DNA from: an uncultured Oscillospiraceae bacterium
GTDB taxonomy: Bacteria > Bacillota > Clostridia > Oscillospirales > Oscillospiraceae
Assembly: GCA_944387625.1 (NCBI GenBank)
Contig: CALXFQ010000001.1
Location: forward strand, 5,605-69,604
DNA length: 64,000 nucleotides
Direction: 5' to 3'
Below, piece by piece: positions 36,985 through 47,237 of this stretch (position 1 is the stretch's first letter; each line of letters begins with the position of its first letter). Both the position numbers and the translations under genes were made by a program. Below the pieces are notes generated by a model. The model ran no database searches and was not told where the DNA came from. It saw only the letters and a list, made by a program, of their open reading frames with translations.

Positions 36985-37013
36985 TTGACAACTGGCGGAT
37001 ACGGACGTATAAT
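36985..37013 (+). promoter_or_regulatory. sigma-A consensus promoter, TTGACA-17-TATAAT, for rpsU
   Basis: Both hexamers are perfect (36985-36990 and 37008-37013). Confidence 0.7.
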
Positions 37014-37079
37014 AGTCAAGCCGATATGGCCCTGAAAGCATCCAGGAACTAGCCGGATGCATCGGAGGGAGGGAAAACA

Positions 37080-37262
37080 ATGTCTGAAATTCGCGTGAAG
37101 GAGAACGAGTCTTTGGAGAGCGCTCTGCGGCGCTTTAAGCGCAGCTGCGCCAAAGAGGGCGTGATCGCCGAGGTCAAGAAGCGCGAGCATTACGTCAGCC
37201 CCAGCCTGAAGCGTAAGCAGAAGTCTGAAGCTGCCCGTAAGAACAAGAGAAAGTTCTATTGA
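37080..37262 (+). CDS. rpsU: 30S ribosomal protein S21
   Basis: The protein reads [28 protein letters not shown]... Confidence 0.95.
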   Translation: MSEIRVKENESLESALRRFKRSCAKEGVIAEVKKREHYVSPSLKRKQKSEAARKNKRKFY

Positions 37263-37286
37263 TCTTCCCTCGTTTGACTGCTCATA

Positions 37287-37319
37287 AAAACCGTTCCGGG
37301 TACCCGGAACGGTTTTTTT
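37287..37319 (+). terminator. intrinsic terminator
   Basis: The hairpin CCGTTCCGGG-ta-CCCGGAACGG is followed by TTTTTTT. Confidence 0.85.
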
Positions 37320-37389
37320 GCGCTGGCAGGGGCGGCCGGCGGCATGGCCCCCAGGCCGGCTTGGTCACAGAAAATTCGTTTTGCCATGG

Positions 37390-37418
37390 TTGCGATCCCC
37401 TGGGGGATGTGGTATACT
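37390..37418 (+). promoter_or_regulatory. sigma-A type promoter, TTGCGA-17-TATACT, with extended -10 TG
   Basis: The hexamers are at 37390-37395 and 37413-37418, with TGg immediately upstream of the -10. Confidence 0.55.
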
Positions 37419-37446
37419 GTTCCTAACTATACACCCGGAGGCGTTT

Positions 37447-38358
37447 ATGACCCAGTTGACCCTGTTTCAGCAGAAAATGGGGGCTTTGCTGCCCCAGATC
37501 CGGCTTCGGTATCAGGAGCCGATGAGCAAGCACACCTCCTTCCGGATCGGTGGTCCGGCGGAGGTGATGGCCTTCCCCCGGAACGTGGAGGAGCTGGGCC
37601 AGATCTTGAAAGTGTCCAAGGAATTGGACGTAAAACCGATCATATTAGGCGCGGGGACCAATGTGCTGGCCCCGGATGAGGGGATCGCCGGTGTGGTGAT
37701 CTGCCTGAAAGGCTGCCTGGAGGGCATGGAGCGGCTTGGCGAGGAGGCCATTTACGTTTCCGCCGGTGTGACCATGACCCGGGCGGCGGTGTTCGCCGCG
37801 GACCTGGGGCTGTCCGGCCTGGAATTTGCCCACGGCATCCCCGGCAGCGTAGGCGGCGGCGTGTATATGAACGCCGGGGCCTACGGCGGGGAGATCTGCC
37901 AGGTCTGCGAAGCCGTGGATGTGATGGACCTGGACGGCACCCTTCGCCGGTGCTCCCGGGAAGAGATGGGCTTTTCCTACCGCCACAGCGGTTTGGAGGA
38001 CCGGGGAGGCATCGTCACCGGGGCGGTATTCGCCTTGGAGAAGAAGGACCCCCGGCAGATCCGGGATCGGATGCGGGAGCTTCTTGCCAAGCGGTCCGCC
38101 TCCCAGCCTCTGGATATGCCCTCCGCCGGGTCCGCTTTCAAGCGGCCTGCAGGCGGCTACGCCGCCGCCCTGATCGAGCAGGCGGGGCTGAAAGGCTTTT
38201 CTGTTGGCGGCGCTGCCATCTCCCAGAAGCACGCGGGCTTTGCCGTGAACCTGGGGGGCGCCACCGCCGCCGATGTGAAAGAACTGCTGCGCCAGGTCTC
38301 CGACCGGGTATACGCCGCCTCCGGCATCCGCCTGGAGCCGGAGGTCCGGATCTGGTAA
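37447..38358 (+). CDS. murB: UDP-N-acetylenolpyruvoylglucosamine reductase MurB
   Basis: It shows KHTSFRIGGPAEV and GIPGSVGGGVYMNAGAYG. The real start is ATG 37447, and the upstream 43 codons in the track ORF are spurious. Confidence 0.9.
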   Translation: MTQLTLFQQKMGALLPQIRLRYQEPMSKHTSFRIGGPAEVMAFPRNVEELGQILKVSKELDVKPIILGAGTNVLAPDEGIAGVVICLKGCLEGMERLGEEAIYVSAGVTMTRAAVFAADLGLSGLEFAHGIPGSVGGGVYMNAGAYGGEICQVCEAVDVMDLDGTLRRCSREEMGFSYRHSGLEDRGGIVTGAVFALEKKDPRQIRDRMRELLAKRSASQPLDMPSAGSAFKRPAGGYAAALIEQAGLKGFSVGGAAISQKHAGFAVNLGGATAADVKELLRQVSDRVYAASGIRLEPEVRIW

Positions 38359-38399
38359 GGACCTCACCGTTTATTTTAAAGGAGAAAGGAGCCGGGACC

Positions 38400-39311
38400 A
38401 TGGCCGCGTCTTTTTCCGCCAGAGTCAAGGCGGAGATCTGCCGGACCTTCCCCCAGAAAAAGTGCTGCGCCCTGGCCCAGTGCTTTGGTGTCCTGCTCTA
38501 CTGCAACAGCTTTGGAGCGGAGGGGATCAAGATCATCACCGAGAGCCGGGAGTTCGCCCAGCTCCTGCCCCGGCTGTTCCACCGGGCCTTGGGGGTGGAG
38601 TTCGACCAGCTCCCCGACCTGGCCGCCCCCGGAAAGCTGGTGTTCCAGATCGACCGGCGGGAGAAGCTGGAGCGGATCTTGGAGGCCTTCGGCTTCGGCC
38701 GGGACACCCTGGCCCTCCACGTGAACCTGCCGGTGGTGGAGGAGGACTGCTGTAAGGCGGCCTTCCTTCGGGGGGCTTTCCTGGCCGGGGGGTCTGTGAC
38801 GGACCCGGAGAAGGGCTACCACCTGGAGATCGGCACCGGCCACCACAGTGTGGCCCGGGAGACCTACGCCCTGATGGAGGAGGTGCTGGGGTTCTACCCC
38901 AAGACCGCCGCCCGGGGAGGCACCCAGGTGCTGTATTTGAAGCAGAGCGACCTGATCTGCGACTGCCTGACCTATCTGGGCGCCCCGGTGTCCGCCATGG
39001 GCATCCTGGAGGCCCGGATGGAGAAGGAGCTGAACAACAAGGTCAACCGCCGCTGCAACTGTGACGACGCCAACCTCTCCAAAGTGGTGGAGGCGGCCCA
39101 GGAGCAGCTGAGCGCTATTCGGACCCTTCGGGAGCGGGGGCTTTTGGAGCATCTGCCGCAGAAGCTCCGGGAGGCCGCCGCCGCCCGGGAGGCGGACCCG
39201 GAGGCGTCGCTGACGGAATTGGCGGCCATGATGGAGCCGCCGATCTCCAAACCGGCCATGAGCAGCCGGATGAAAAAACTGGTCCAGGCCGCAAAGGAGG
39301 CTTCCCAATGA
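38400..39311 (+). CDS. whiA: DNA-binding sporulation/cell-division regulator WhiA
   Basis: The protein starts MAASFSARVKAEICRTFPQKKCC, has a LAGLIDADG-like middle region and a C-terminal HTH. The real start is ATG 38400. Confidence 0.85.
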   Translation: MAASFSARVKAEICRTFPQKKCCALAQCFGVLLYCNSFGAEGIKIITESREFAQLLPRLFHRALGVEFDQLPDLAAPGKLVFQIDRREKLERILEAFGFGRDTLALHVNLPVVEEDCCKAAFLRGAFLAGGSVTDPEKGYHLEIGTGHHSVARETYALMEEVLGFYPKTAARGGTQVLYLKQSDLICDCLTYLGAPVSAMGILEARMEKELNNKVNRRCNCDDANLSKVVEAAQEQLSAIRTLRERGLLEHLPQKLREAAAAREADPEASLTELAAMMEPPISKPAMSSRMKKLVQAAKEASQ

Positions 39312-42300
39312 GCTTTGCCCATCTGCACGTCCATACGGAGTACAGCCTTCTTGACGGGGCCTGCCGGATCAGTGGGATCATGGACCGGGTGAAGGAGCTG
39401 GGCCAGACCGCCGTGGCGATCACGGACCACGGGGTGATGTACGGCTGTATCGAATTTTACAAAGCCGCCAAGGCCGCCGGGGTCAAGCCGATCATCGGCT
39501 GTGAGGTGTATGTGGCCCGCCGGACCATGGCGGACCGGGTGTATGGCATCGACAACGACCCGTACCATCTGGTCCTTTTGTGCGAAGACCGCAAGGGCTA
39601 TGAAAATCTCTGCCTGCTGGTGTCCGAGGCGTTCATCCACGGCTTTTACGGCAAGCCCCGGGTGGACCTGGCGCTTTTGGAGAAGCACCATGAGGGCCTG
39701 ATCGCCCTGTCCGCCTGTCTGGCCGGTGGGGTGGCCCAGCATCTGCTGGACCAGAACTATCCCCAGGCCAAGGAATACGCCCTGACCATGGCCCGGATCT
39801 TCGGGGAGGGGAACTTCTTCCTGGAGCTTCAGGACCACGGGATCGAGGAACAGCGCGCCGTGGACCAGGGGATCATGCGTCTGGCCCGGGAAACGGGCCT
39901 GCCGCTGGTGGTGACCAATGACGCCCACTATCTGCGCAAAGAAGATGCCAAGATGCAGGACGTACTGCTGTGCGTCCAGACCGGCAAGACCGTGGACGAC
40001 CAGGATCGGATGCGCTTCTCCACCGAGGAGTTCTATCTGAAAAGCGAAGAGGAGCTTCGGGCGCTGTTCCCCCATTGCCCGGAGGCCTTTGAAAATACCC
40101 ACCGCATCGCCCAGCGGTGCAACGTGGAGTTCGTGTTCCACGAATACCATCTGCCCTCCTTCCCGGTGCCGGAGGGCTATACCAACGAGGACTACTTCCG
40201 CCGCCTGTGTATGGAAGGCTTCCGGGAGCGCTACCCGGACCAGCCTGCCGAATACCTGGAACGGCTGGAATATGAGATCGGCGTGATCGGCCGGATGGGG
40301 TATGTGAACTACTACCTGATCGTGTGGGACTTCATCCGCTACGCCAAGGAGCAGGCGATCCCGGTAGGCCCGGGCCGCGGCTCCGGCGCCGCCTCGATCG
40401 CCGCCTACTGCCTCCACATCACGGAGGTGGACCCGATGAAGTACGGCCTGATCTTCGAGCGGTTCCTGAACCCGGAGCGGGTGAGCATGCCCGACTTCGA
40501 TACGGATTTCTGCCAGGAGCGCCGGGGAGAGGTCATCGACTATGTGATGAAAAAATACGGCGCCGACCATGTGGCCCAGATCGCCACCTTCGGCACCATG
40601 GCCGCCCGGGGCGCGATCCGGGACGTGGGCCGCGCGCTGAACTTCACCTACGCCGAGACCGACGTGGTTGCCAAGCAGGTCCCTGCCACCCCCAAGATCA
40701 CCTTGAAGGAGGCCCTGGAGGCCAGCCCCAAGCTCAAGGAGATGTACGACACGGACCCCCGGGTGCGCCAGCTGATCGACACCGCCCGGGCTTTGGAGGG
40801 GATGCCCCGGAACACCTCCACCCACGCCGCCGGTGTGGTGATCACCGCCCGGCCTGTGTGGGAGTATGTGCCGCTGTCCCGGAACGACGATACGATCGTC
40901 ACCCAGTATACCATGACCACCATCGAGGAGCTGGGGCTCCTCAAGATGGATTTCCTGGGCCTGCGGAACCTGACGGTGATCGAGGACGCCCAGCGGCAGA
41001 TCCGGAAGATCGACCCGGCGTTCGATATCGCCAAGGTGCCTGACGACGACCCGGCCACCTTCGCCATGCTGGCCGAGGGGAAGACCCAGGGCGTGTTCCA
41101 GTTGGAGTCCACCGGCATGACCGGCGTGTGCGTGAGCATGAAGCCCGGCTCGATCGAAGACATCACCGCCATCGTGGCCCTTTACCGGCCCGGCCCTATG
41201 GACTCGATCCCCACCTTCATCGCCAACAAGCTGGACCCGAAGAAGGTGACTTACAAGACGGCGCTATTGGAGCCGATCCTGAAAGTGACCTATGGGTGCA
41301 TCGTCTACCAGGAGCAGGTGATCGAGATCTTCCGCCAGCTTGGCGGCTACACCATGGGACAAGCGGACAACATCCGCCGGGCGATCTCCAAAAAGAAGAT
41401 GAAGGTGATCGAGGCGGAGCGGAAGGTCTTCGTCTACGGCGATCCCCAGCAGGGGATCTGCGGGTGCGTAGGCCATGGGGTGCCGGAGGCGGTGGCCCAG
41501 TCGCTCTACGACCAGATCGTGGACTTTGCCAACTACGCCTTCAACAAGGCCCACGCGGTGTGCTACGCGGTGGTATCCTACCAGACGGCCTATTTGAAAT
41601 GCCACTATCCCCGCCAGTATATGGCGGCGCTGATGACCTCGGTGCTGGACTCTGCTCCCAAGATCGCCGGCTACATCGCCGAGTGCAAGGAGCTGCAGAT
41701 CCCGGTGCTGCCCCCGGATATCAACCATTCCGACGACTCCTTCACCGTGGAGGGGGACGCGATCCGGTTCGGTCTGGGGGCGGTGAAGAACGTGGGCCGG
41801 GGCCTGATCCGCAGCCTGGTGGCTAAGCGCCAGGAGGGCGGCCCGTTCAAGTCCCTGGAGGATCTGCTCCAGCGGATGGGAGAAGGGGAGCTGAACAAGC
41901 GGGCGGTGGAGAACTTCATCAAGTGCGGGGCCATGGACTGCTTTGGCCACCACCGCAGCGAGCTGCTGGCGGTATACGACTATATGATGGACGCGGTGGC
42001 CAGCACCCGCAAGCACAATTTGGACGGCCAGATCGGCTTGTTCTCCCTGCTGGAGGAGGACCAGAGCCAGACAGTTTCGATCCCGATCCCCAAAATGGAG
42101 GAGCGGCCCAGGTCTGAGCTGATGGCTATGGAAAAGGAGACCACCGGCATCTACATCTCCGGCCATCCCATGGACGACTACCGCCGGTACCTGAAGGGGA
42201 CCCATGTGGTGCCTATGGGGTCGCTGCTGGAAGAGGGGCTGTATCGGGACGACCAGATCGTGTCCGTGGCAGGGATCGTCCAAGGGGTGAAGATGAAGAC

Positions 42301-42745
42301 CACCCGGAACAACTCCGTCATGGCCTATGTCACCGTGGAGGACGATACCGCCGCCATCGAGATGCTGGCCTTCTCCAAGATCCTGAGCCAGTACAGCGCC
42401 TATCTCAAGGAGAACGAGCCGGTGGTGATCACCGGGCGGCTGTCCCTGCGGGACGATAAAGACCCCCAGATCCTGATAGACCGGGTCCGGCCGATCGGGG
42501 ACCTGGCCCGGACCGACGGGCCGGAGCAGGAGGCAGGCGGCGTGCTGTATCTGAAGCTCACCGGCGAGAACGATCCCCGGTATCGGAAGGTCCGGGCGAT
42601 CGTGGGGATGTTCCCGGGCCGGAGCGCGGTGAAGCTGTTCTTCGAGGATACCCGGAAAATGCGGGGCGCGCAGGCGGCCCTGGATGAGCGGATGCTCAAA
42701 GAGCTGAGAAATGTGCTGGGAGAAGAGAACGTAGTGGTGAAATAG
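39308..42745 (+). CDS. dnaE: DNA polymerase III alpha subunit DnaE
   Basis: It has a PHP domain (HLHVHTEYSLLDG), is 1145 aa long, and has an OB-fold C-terminus. Confidence 0.95.
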   Translation: MSFAHLHVHTEYSLLDGACRISGIMDRVKELGQTAVAITDHGVMYGCIEFYKAAKAAGVKPIIGCEVYVARRTMADRVYGIDNDPYHLVLLCEDRKGYENLCLLVSEAFIHGFYGKPRVDLALLEKHHEGLIALSACLAGGVAQHLLDQNYPQAKEYALTMARIFGEGNFFLELQDHGIEEQRAVDQGIMRLARETGLPLVVTNDAHYLRKEDAKMQDVLLCVQTGKTVDDQDRMRFSTEEFYLKSEEELRALFPHCPEAFENTHRIAQRCNVEFVFHEYHLPSFPVPEGYTNEDYFRRLCMEGFRERYPDQPAEYLERLEYEIGVIGRMGYVNYYLIVWDFIRYAKEQAIPVGPGRGSGAASIAAYCLHITEVDPMKYGLIFERFLNPERVSMPDFDTDFCQERRGEVIDYVMKKYGADHVAQIATFGTMAARGAIRDVGRALNFTYAETDVVAKQVPATPKITLKEALEASPKLKEMYDTDPRVRQLIDTARALEGMPRNTSTHAAGVVITARPVWEYVPLSRNDDTIVTQYTMTTIEELGLLKMDFLGLRNLTVIEDAQRQIRKIDPAFDIAKVPDDDPATFAMLAEGKTQGVFQLESTGMTGVCVSMKPGSIEDITAIVALYRPGPMDSIPTFIANKLDPKKVTYKTALLEPILKVTYGCIVYQEQVIEIFRQLGGYTMGQADNIRRAISKKKMKVIEAERKVFVYGDPQQGICGCVGHGVPEAVAQSLYDQIVDFANYAFNKAHAVCYAVVSYQTAYLKCHYPRQYMAALMTSVLDSAPKIAGYIAECKELQIPVLPPDINHSDDSFTVEGDAIRFGLGAVKNVGRGLIRSLVAKRQEGGPFKSLEDLLQRMGEGELNKRAVENFIKCGAMDCFGHHRSELLAVYDYMMDAVASTRKHNLDGQIGLFSLLEEDQSQTVSIPIPKMEERPRSELMAMEKETTGIYISGHPMDDYRRYLKGTHVVPMGSLLEEGLYRDDQIVSVAGIVQGVKMKTTRNNSVMAYVTVEDDTAAIEMLAFSKILSQYSAYLKENEPVVITGRLSLRDDKDPQILIDRVRPIGDLARTDGPEQEAGGVLYLKLTGENDPRYRKVRAIVGMFPGRSAVKLFFEDTRKMRGAQAALDERMLKELRNVLGEENVVVK

Positions 42746-42778
42746 CTTTTCTTTCCGGCGGAAATATGATACCATAAG

Positions 42779-44122
42779 ATGTTGAAAGGGGATGAGAAGG
42801 TGCGCGCTGTCCGAAAGCTCCTGTGTCTGCTGCTGGGGATGCTGCTGCTCAGCGGCTGTGCCATGCATACGGTGGACCAGATGTACCAGCTGCCCAAGCG
42901 GTCCCAGGAGTACCAGGATCTGCAGTCGGCCATCGATCAGCATATGGCCGGCCTGTCTTACTGCGCCCCTCTGTCCGGGCAGAATCCCCAGTCGGTCCAG
43001 CAGGCGGACCTGGATGGAGATGGGGCGGGGGAGTATCTGATCTTTGCCAAAGGCACCTCGGACAAGCCCCTGACGATCCTGATCTTCCGGCTGGAAGAGG
43101 AGGCGTATGTGCTTTCCGACCGGATCGAGATGGCAGGATCTGCCTACGACATCGTGGAGTATGCCCAGATGGATGACCGGGAGGGCCTGGAGCTGATCGT
43201 AGGCGCCCAGGTCAGCGATCAGGTGGCCCGGTCCGTGTCTGTTTATCGGTTCCGAGACGGCAAAGCCCAGGAGATGCTCAGCGCCAATTACACCAAGTTC
43301 CTGGCCTGCGATATGGATGGCAGCGGACCCAGCGAGCTGGTGGTCCTGCGGCCCGGCCGGTCTGATGAAACTTCCGGGGTGGCGGAGCTGTACCGCTTCC
43401 ACCAGGGCGCGATGGAGCGGTCCAATGAGGTGAGCCTGTCGGCGCCGGTGGACAAGATGAAGCGGGTGATCACCGGCCGCCTGGAAGACGGCGTTCCCGG
43501 CGTGTATGTGGCCAGCACCGTAGGCGAGAATTCGATCATCACCGATGTGCTGGCACTGGTGGACGGACGGTTCACCAACGTGTCCGCCTCCGTGGGAACG
43601 GGGACCAGCGTGGAGACCCTGCGCAACTACTACATCTATGCCGACGACATCGACGAGGACGGGGTGGTGGAACTGCCCGGCCTGGCCACTGTGCCGCCGC
43701 CTGCGGCCAATGGGACGGATACGGAGGCCAAGCATCTGATCCGGTGGTTCTCCATGACCACCGCCGGCCAGACCGTGGAAAAGATGTATACCTATCACGA
43801 CTTTCAAAACGGCTGGTACCTGACCCTGGACCTGACGCTGGCGTCCAGGATGGCCGTGACCGAGGACAAGAACGCCTTGACCTTCTGGCTCTGGGATGAG
43901 CAGATGACCGCGGCCCAGCCTTTGTTTACCATCTATACCTTCATCGGCCCGGACCGGGAAGAACTGGCAGTCCGGGACAACCGAAGCCTCCTCTACGAGG
44001 GAGAGGATGTGCTCTACAGCGTTTATCTGGAAGTGGCGTCCGCCGGGTACGGGATCACCGCCGGGACCCTGGCCGACAGCTTCCGTCTGATCCAGGTGGA
44101 CTGGAATACGGGAGAAACTTGA
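42779..44122 (+). CDS. lipoprotein with three DxDGDG-type (FG-GAP/VCBS-like) calcium-loop motifs, function unknown
   Basis: It has the lipobox LLLSGC and the repeats DLDGDGAGE, DMDGSGPSE and DIDEDGVVE. It lies directly upstream of a response regulator and histidine kinase. Confidence 0.6.
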   Translation: MLKGDEKVRAVRKLLCLLLGMLLLSGCAMHTVDQMYQLPKRSQEYQDLQSAIDQHMAGLSYCAPLSGQNPQSVQQADLDGDGAGEYLIFAKGTSDKPLTILIFRLEEEAYVLSDRIEMAGSAYDIVEYAQMDDREGLELIVGAQVSDQVARSVSVYRFRDGKAQEMLSANYTKFLACDMDGSGPSELVVLRPGRSDETSGVAELYRFHQGAMERSNEVSLSAPVDKMKRVITGRLEDGVPGVYVASTVGENSIITDVLALVDGRFTNVSASVGTGTSVETLRNYYIYADDIDEDGVVELPGLATVPPPAANGTDTEAKHLIRWFSMTTAGQTVEKMYTYHDFQNGWYLTLDLTLASRMAVTEDKNALTFWLWDEQMTAAQPLFTIYTFIGPDREELAVRDNRSLLYEGEDVLYSVYLEVASAGYGITAGTLADSFRLIQVDWNTGET

Positions 44123-44133
44123 GGTGACGATCA

Positions 44134-44820
44134 ATGAAAAAAGTACTGATCTTGGAAGATGAAGAGAATATCCGCTCCTTTGTGGTGATCAATCTCCAGC
44201 GGGCCGGTTACCAGACCCTGGAGGCCGGCACAGGACAGCAGGCGCTGGACATCCTGCGGGACGTGCCGGATGTGGACGTGGCGGTGCTGGACATCATGCT
44301 GCCGGATATGGACGGCTTTGAGGTCTGCCGCCGGATCCGGGCCACCAATAAGCGGATGGGGATCATCATGCTCACCGCCCGGACCCAGGAGATGGACAAG
44401 ATCACCGGCCTGATGACCGGGGCCGACGACTATGTGACCAAGCCCTTCTCTCCGGCGGAACTTACGGCCCGGCTGGACGCGCTGGTCCGCCGGGTCCGGG
44501 GGGACCAGGTCAGCGTCAGCGAACTGCTGACCACCGGGCCGTTCATTCTGAACACCCGAAATCGGACCCTGGAGAAATACGGTCAGCGGATCCGGCTGAC
44601 CCAGGTGGAGTACGCGATCATCAAGCTGTTCATGCAGAACCCGGGCAGGGCTCTGTCCCGGGAGGAGATCTTGGCCGCTGTTTGGGGCCGGGAGTTTGAA
44701 GGCGAGCTGAAGATCGTGGATGTGAACATCCGCCGCCTGCGGATCAAGCTGGAGGACAACCCCAACGTTCCCACCTATATCACCACCGTGTGGGGCTTTG
44801 GATACAAATGGGGAAATTGA
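44134..44820 (+). CDS. OmpR-family response regulator (WalR/YycF-like)
   Basis: The receiver domain shows VLDIMLPDMDG...TKPF, and the winged helix shows YITTVWGFGYKW. Confidence 0.85.
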   Translation: MKKVLILEDEENIRSFVVINLQRAGYQTLEAGTGQQALDILRDVPDVDVAVLDIMLPDMDGFEVCRRIRATNKRMGIIMLTARTQEMDKITGLMTGADDYVTKPFSPAELTARLDALVRRVRGDQVSVSELLTTGPFILNTRNRTLEKYGQRIRLTQVEYAIIKLFMQNPGRALSREEILAAVWGREFEGELKIVDVNIRRLRIKLEDNPNVPTYITTVWGFGYKWGN

Positions 44821-46226
44821 AGCGTGGCGGCAGCCTGCGCCACCGGTGGATGCTCAACACCGTAGGCGTGGCCACCGCCCTGGGGCTGGTGTGCGCGGTG
44901 GCGGTGACCATGGCCTTCTACGCCTACTACTATTCCAATATGGAATCGGATCTGCGCCGCCGTGCTCAGGAGACCACGGATTTTTTCGAGGACTATCTGA
45001 ACCGAAGCTACAACGAATATTACCAGTCCTGCATCACCTATGCCCAGACCTTTGAGGAACGCAATTCCATCGAGCTGCAGTTCATCGATGCCCGGGGGCG
45101 GCTGGTGGTGTCCTCCTATGGAAGCTGGGCCGGCGCGTCCCCTACCACCGAGGACATCGCCGCCTCCGTCAGCACCCGGGGGATCAGCACCTTCGTAGGG
45201 CAGGACCCGGCTACCGGGGAGCGGATCATGGCCGTTTCCAGCCCGATGATCTACAGCAACGGTGAGGTGATCGGGGTGCTGCGCTATGTCACCTCCACCC
45301 GGACCATGGACCTGCAGATCCTGCAGGTGGCCATGCTGGCCGCCCTGGCCCTGGCGGTGGTGGTCGTGGTGCTGCTGATCAGCAACAGCTATCTGATCCG
45401 CTCGATCCTGGTGCCGATCGATCAGATCACGGAAAAGGCCAAGATGATCGCCGCCGGCAGCTACGGCGCCCAGATCCAGACCCAGTATGACGACGAGATC
45501 GGAGAGCTGGCGGAAACGATCAACGAGATGTCCAGCAAGATCAGCCAGAACGAGAAGATGCAGACGGAGTTCATCTCCTCGCTGTCCCACGAGCTGCGTA
45601 CCCCCCTCACCGCGATCAACGGCTGGAGCGAAACGCTGCTGTTCGATCAGCGGCTGGATGAGCAGACCCGGCGGGGCATGAAGATCATCCACACGGAGAG
45701 CCAGCGGCTTACCGAGATGGTCATGGAGCTGCTGGACTTCACCCGGCTCCAGGACGGCCGGTTCACCTTGAACATGGAGAGCACCGACATTTGGAGCGAG
45801 TTCGAGGACACGGTGTATATGTACGGCAGCCGGCTGTCCCAGGAGGGGATCCGGCTGGTGTTCACCGACAGCGATGAGGGGATCCCCCAGATCCTGTGCG
45901 ATCCCAAGCGGATGCGCCAGGTGTTCTGGAACATCCTGGACAACGCCGCCAAGCACGGCGGCGACGGCAAGCAGATCGACGTGTCCATGAAATTGGAAGA
46001 GGGCTTCGTGGTGGCCCGGATCCGGGACTATGGACACGGCATCCCGGCGGACGAGCTGCCGCTGGTGAAAAGAAAATTTTATAAGGGCAGCTCCAAAGCC
46101 CGGGGCAGCGGCATCGGGCTGGCGGTGTGTGATGAGATCGTGGCCCTCCACGGCGGCACATTGGAGCTGGAGAACGCGCCCGGCGGCGGCACTTTGGTCA
46201 CCGTCCGGCTGCCCGTCGCCCAGTGA
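44808..46226 (+). CDS. sensor histidine kinase (WalK-like: 2 TM, extracytoplasmic domain, HAMP, no cytoplasmic PAS)
   Basis: It has the H-box SHELRTPLTAINGW, the N box DNAAKHG, and GSGIGLAVC. I chose the start at ATG 44808, which overlaps the response regulator stop. Confidence 0.85.
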   Translation: MGKLKRGGSLRHRWMLNTVGVATALGLVCAVAVTMAFYAYYYSNMESDLRRRAQETTDFFEDYLNRSYNEYYQSCITYAQTFEERNSIELQFIDARGRLVVSSYGSWAGASPTTEDIAASVSTRGISTFVGQDPATGERIMAVSSPMIYSNGEVIGVLRYVTSTRTMDLQILQVAMLAALALAVVVVVLLISNSYLIRSILVPIDQITEKAKMIAAGSYGAQIQTQYDDEIGELAETINEMSSKISQNEKMQTEFISSLSHELRTPLTAINGWSETLLFDQRLDEQTRRGMKIIHTESQRLTEMVMELLDFTRLQDGRFTLNMESTDIWSEFEDTVYMYGSRLSQEGIRLVFTDSDEGIPQILCDPKRMRQVFWNILDNAAKHGGDGKQIDVSMKLEEGFVVARIRDYGHGIPADELPLVKRKFYKGSSKARGSGIGLAVCDEIVALHGGTLELENAPGGGTLVTVRLPVAQ

Positions 46227-46238
46227 GGAAGGACCTAC

Positions 46239-47237
46239 ATGGAACAGAAAAACGAAACGCCAAAAGAAAAATTCAAGACCATGATCGGCGGCCAGGCCCT
46301 GATCGAGGGCATCATGATGCGGGGGCCGGATAAGGACGCGGTGGTGGTCCGCAATAAAGACGGCCTGAAGCTCCAGGTCAAGCCCCGAAAGGTCTACAAA
46401 AAAGGCTCCTTTCCCACCTGGCCGCTGATCCGGGGGATGGTGAACTTCTTCGACTCCCAGGTCGTGGGGGTGAAGGCCCTGCTGCAGTCGGCGGACCTGG
46501 CCCCGGAGGAATATCAGGAGGAGCCGTCCAAGTTCGACAAATGGCTGGAAGAGAAGCTGGGCAACGAGAAGTTCCAGAAAGCGGTCACCGGCATCGCCGT
46601 GGCCCTGGGCTTTGCCATGTCCATCGGGCTGTTCTTCCTGCTGCCCATGGCGATCGGCAGCTTCTTCGACCGGTGGATCGGCAGCCAGGTACTGCTGAAC
46701 CTGGTGGAGGGCGCGATCCGGATGGCGATCTTCACCGTGTATATGCTCCTGGTCTCCCGGATGAAGGAGATGCGCCGGGTGTTTGCCTACCACGGCGCGG
46801 AGCACAAGACCATCCGCTGTTATGAGGCGGGCCTGCCGCTGACGGTGGAGAACGTGCGGAAGATGACCCGCAAGCACCCCCGGTGCGGCACCAGCTTCCT
46901 GCTGGTGGTGATGCTTCTGTCGATCCTGGTGTTCTCGGTGGCCTCCTCGGCCCTGCTGGCCCTGGTGCCGTCCCTGGCCCAGATCCGTGGCACCTTTGGC
47001 TACCGGGTGCTGATGATCTGCTATAAGCTTCTCCTGCTGCCGGTGGTGGTGGCCATCGCCTATGAGATCAACCGGTGGGTGGGCCGCCACGACAACTGGT
47101 TCGCCCGGATCTTGACGGCGCCTGGGCTGTGGTTCCAGAACTTCACCACCTTTGAGCCGGAGGATGACATGATCGAGGTGGGCATCGCCGCCGTGGAGGC
47201 GGTACTGCCCCGGGAGGAAGGAGCGGACCGATGGTAA
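46239..47237 (+). CDS. DUF1385 family membrane protein (YqhQ-like)
   Basis: It shows IGGQALIEGIMMRG, YHGAEHKTI and HPRCGTSFL. It lies upstream of prmC, which is a common arrangement. Confidence 0.8.
   Translation: MEQKNETPKEKFKTMIGGQALIEGIMMRGPDKDAVVVRNKDGLKLQVKPRKVYKKGSFPTWPLIRGMVNFFDSQVVGVKALLQSADLAPEEYQEEPSKFDKWLEEKLGNEKFQKAVTGIAVALGFAMSIGLFFLLPMAIGSFFDRWIGSQVLLNLVEGAIRMAIFTVYMLLVSRMKEMRRVFAYHGAEHKTIRCYEAGLPLTVENVRKMTRKHPRCGTSFLLVVMLLSILVFSVASSALLALVPSLAQIRGTFGYRVLMICYKLLLLPVVVAIAYEINRWVGRHDNWFARILTAPGLWFQNFTTFEPEDDMIEVGIAAVEAVLPREEGADRW

Noticed and set aside
38359-38399. murB is followed directly by whiA, without the rapZ (yvcJ) and yvcK genes that precede whiA in many Firmicutes.
   Set aside because: This may simply be the normal arrangement in this lineage. 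Nothing in the 41-nt gap suggests a deletion scar, so I do not raise it as a finding.
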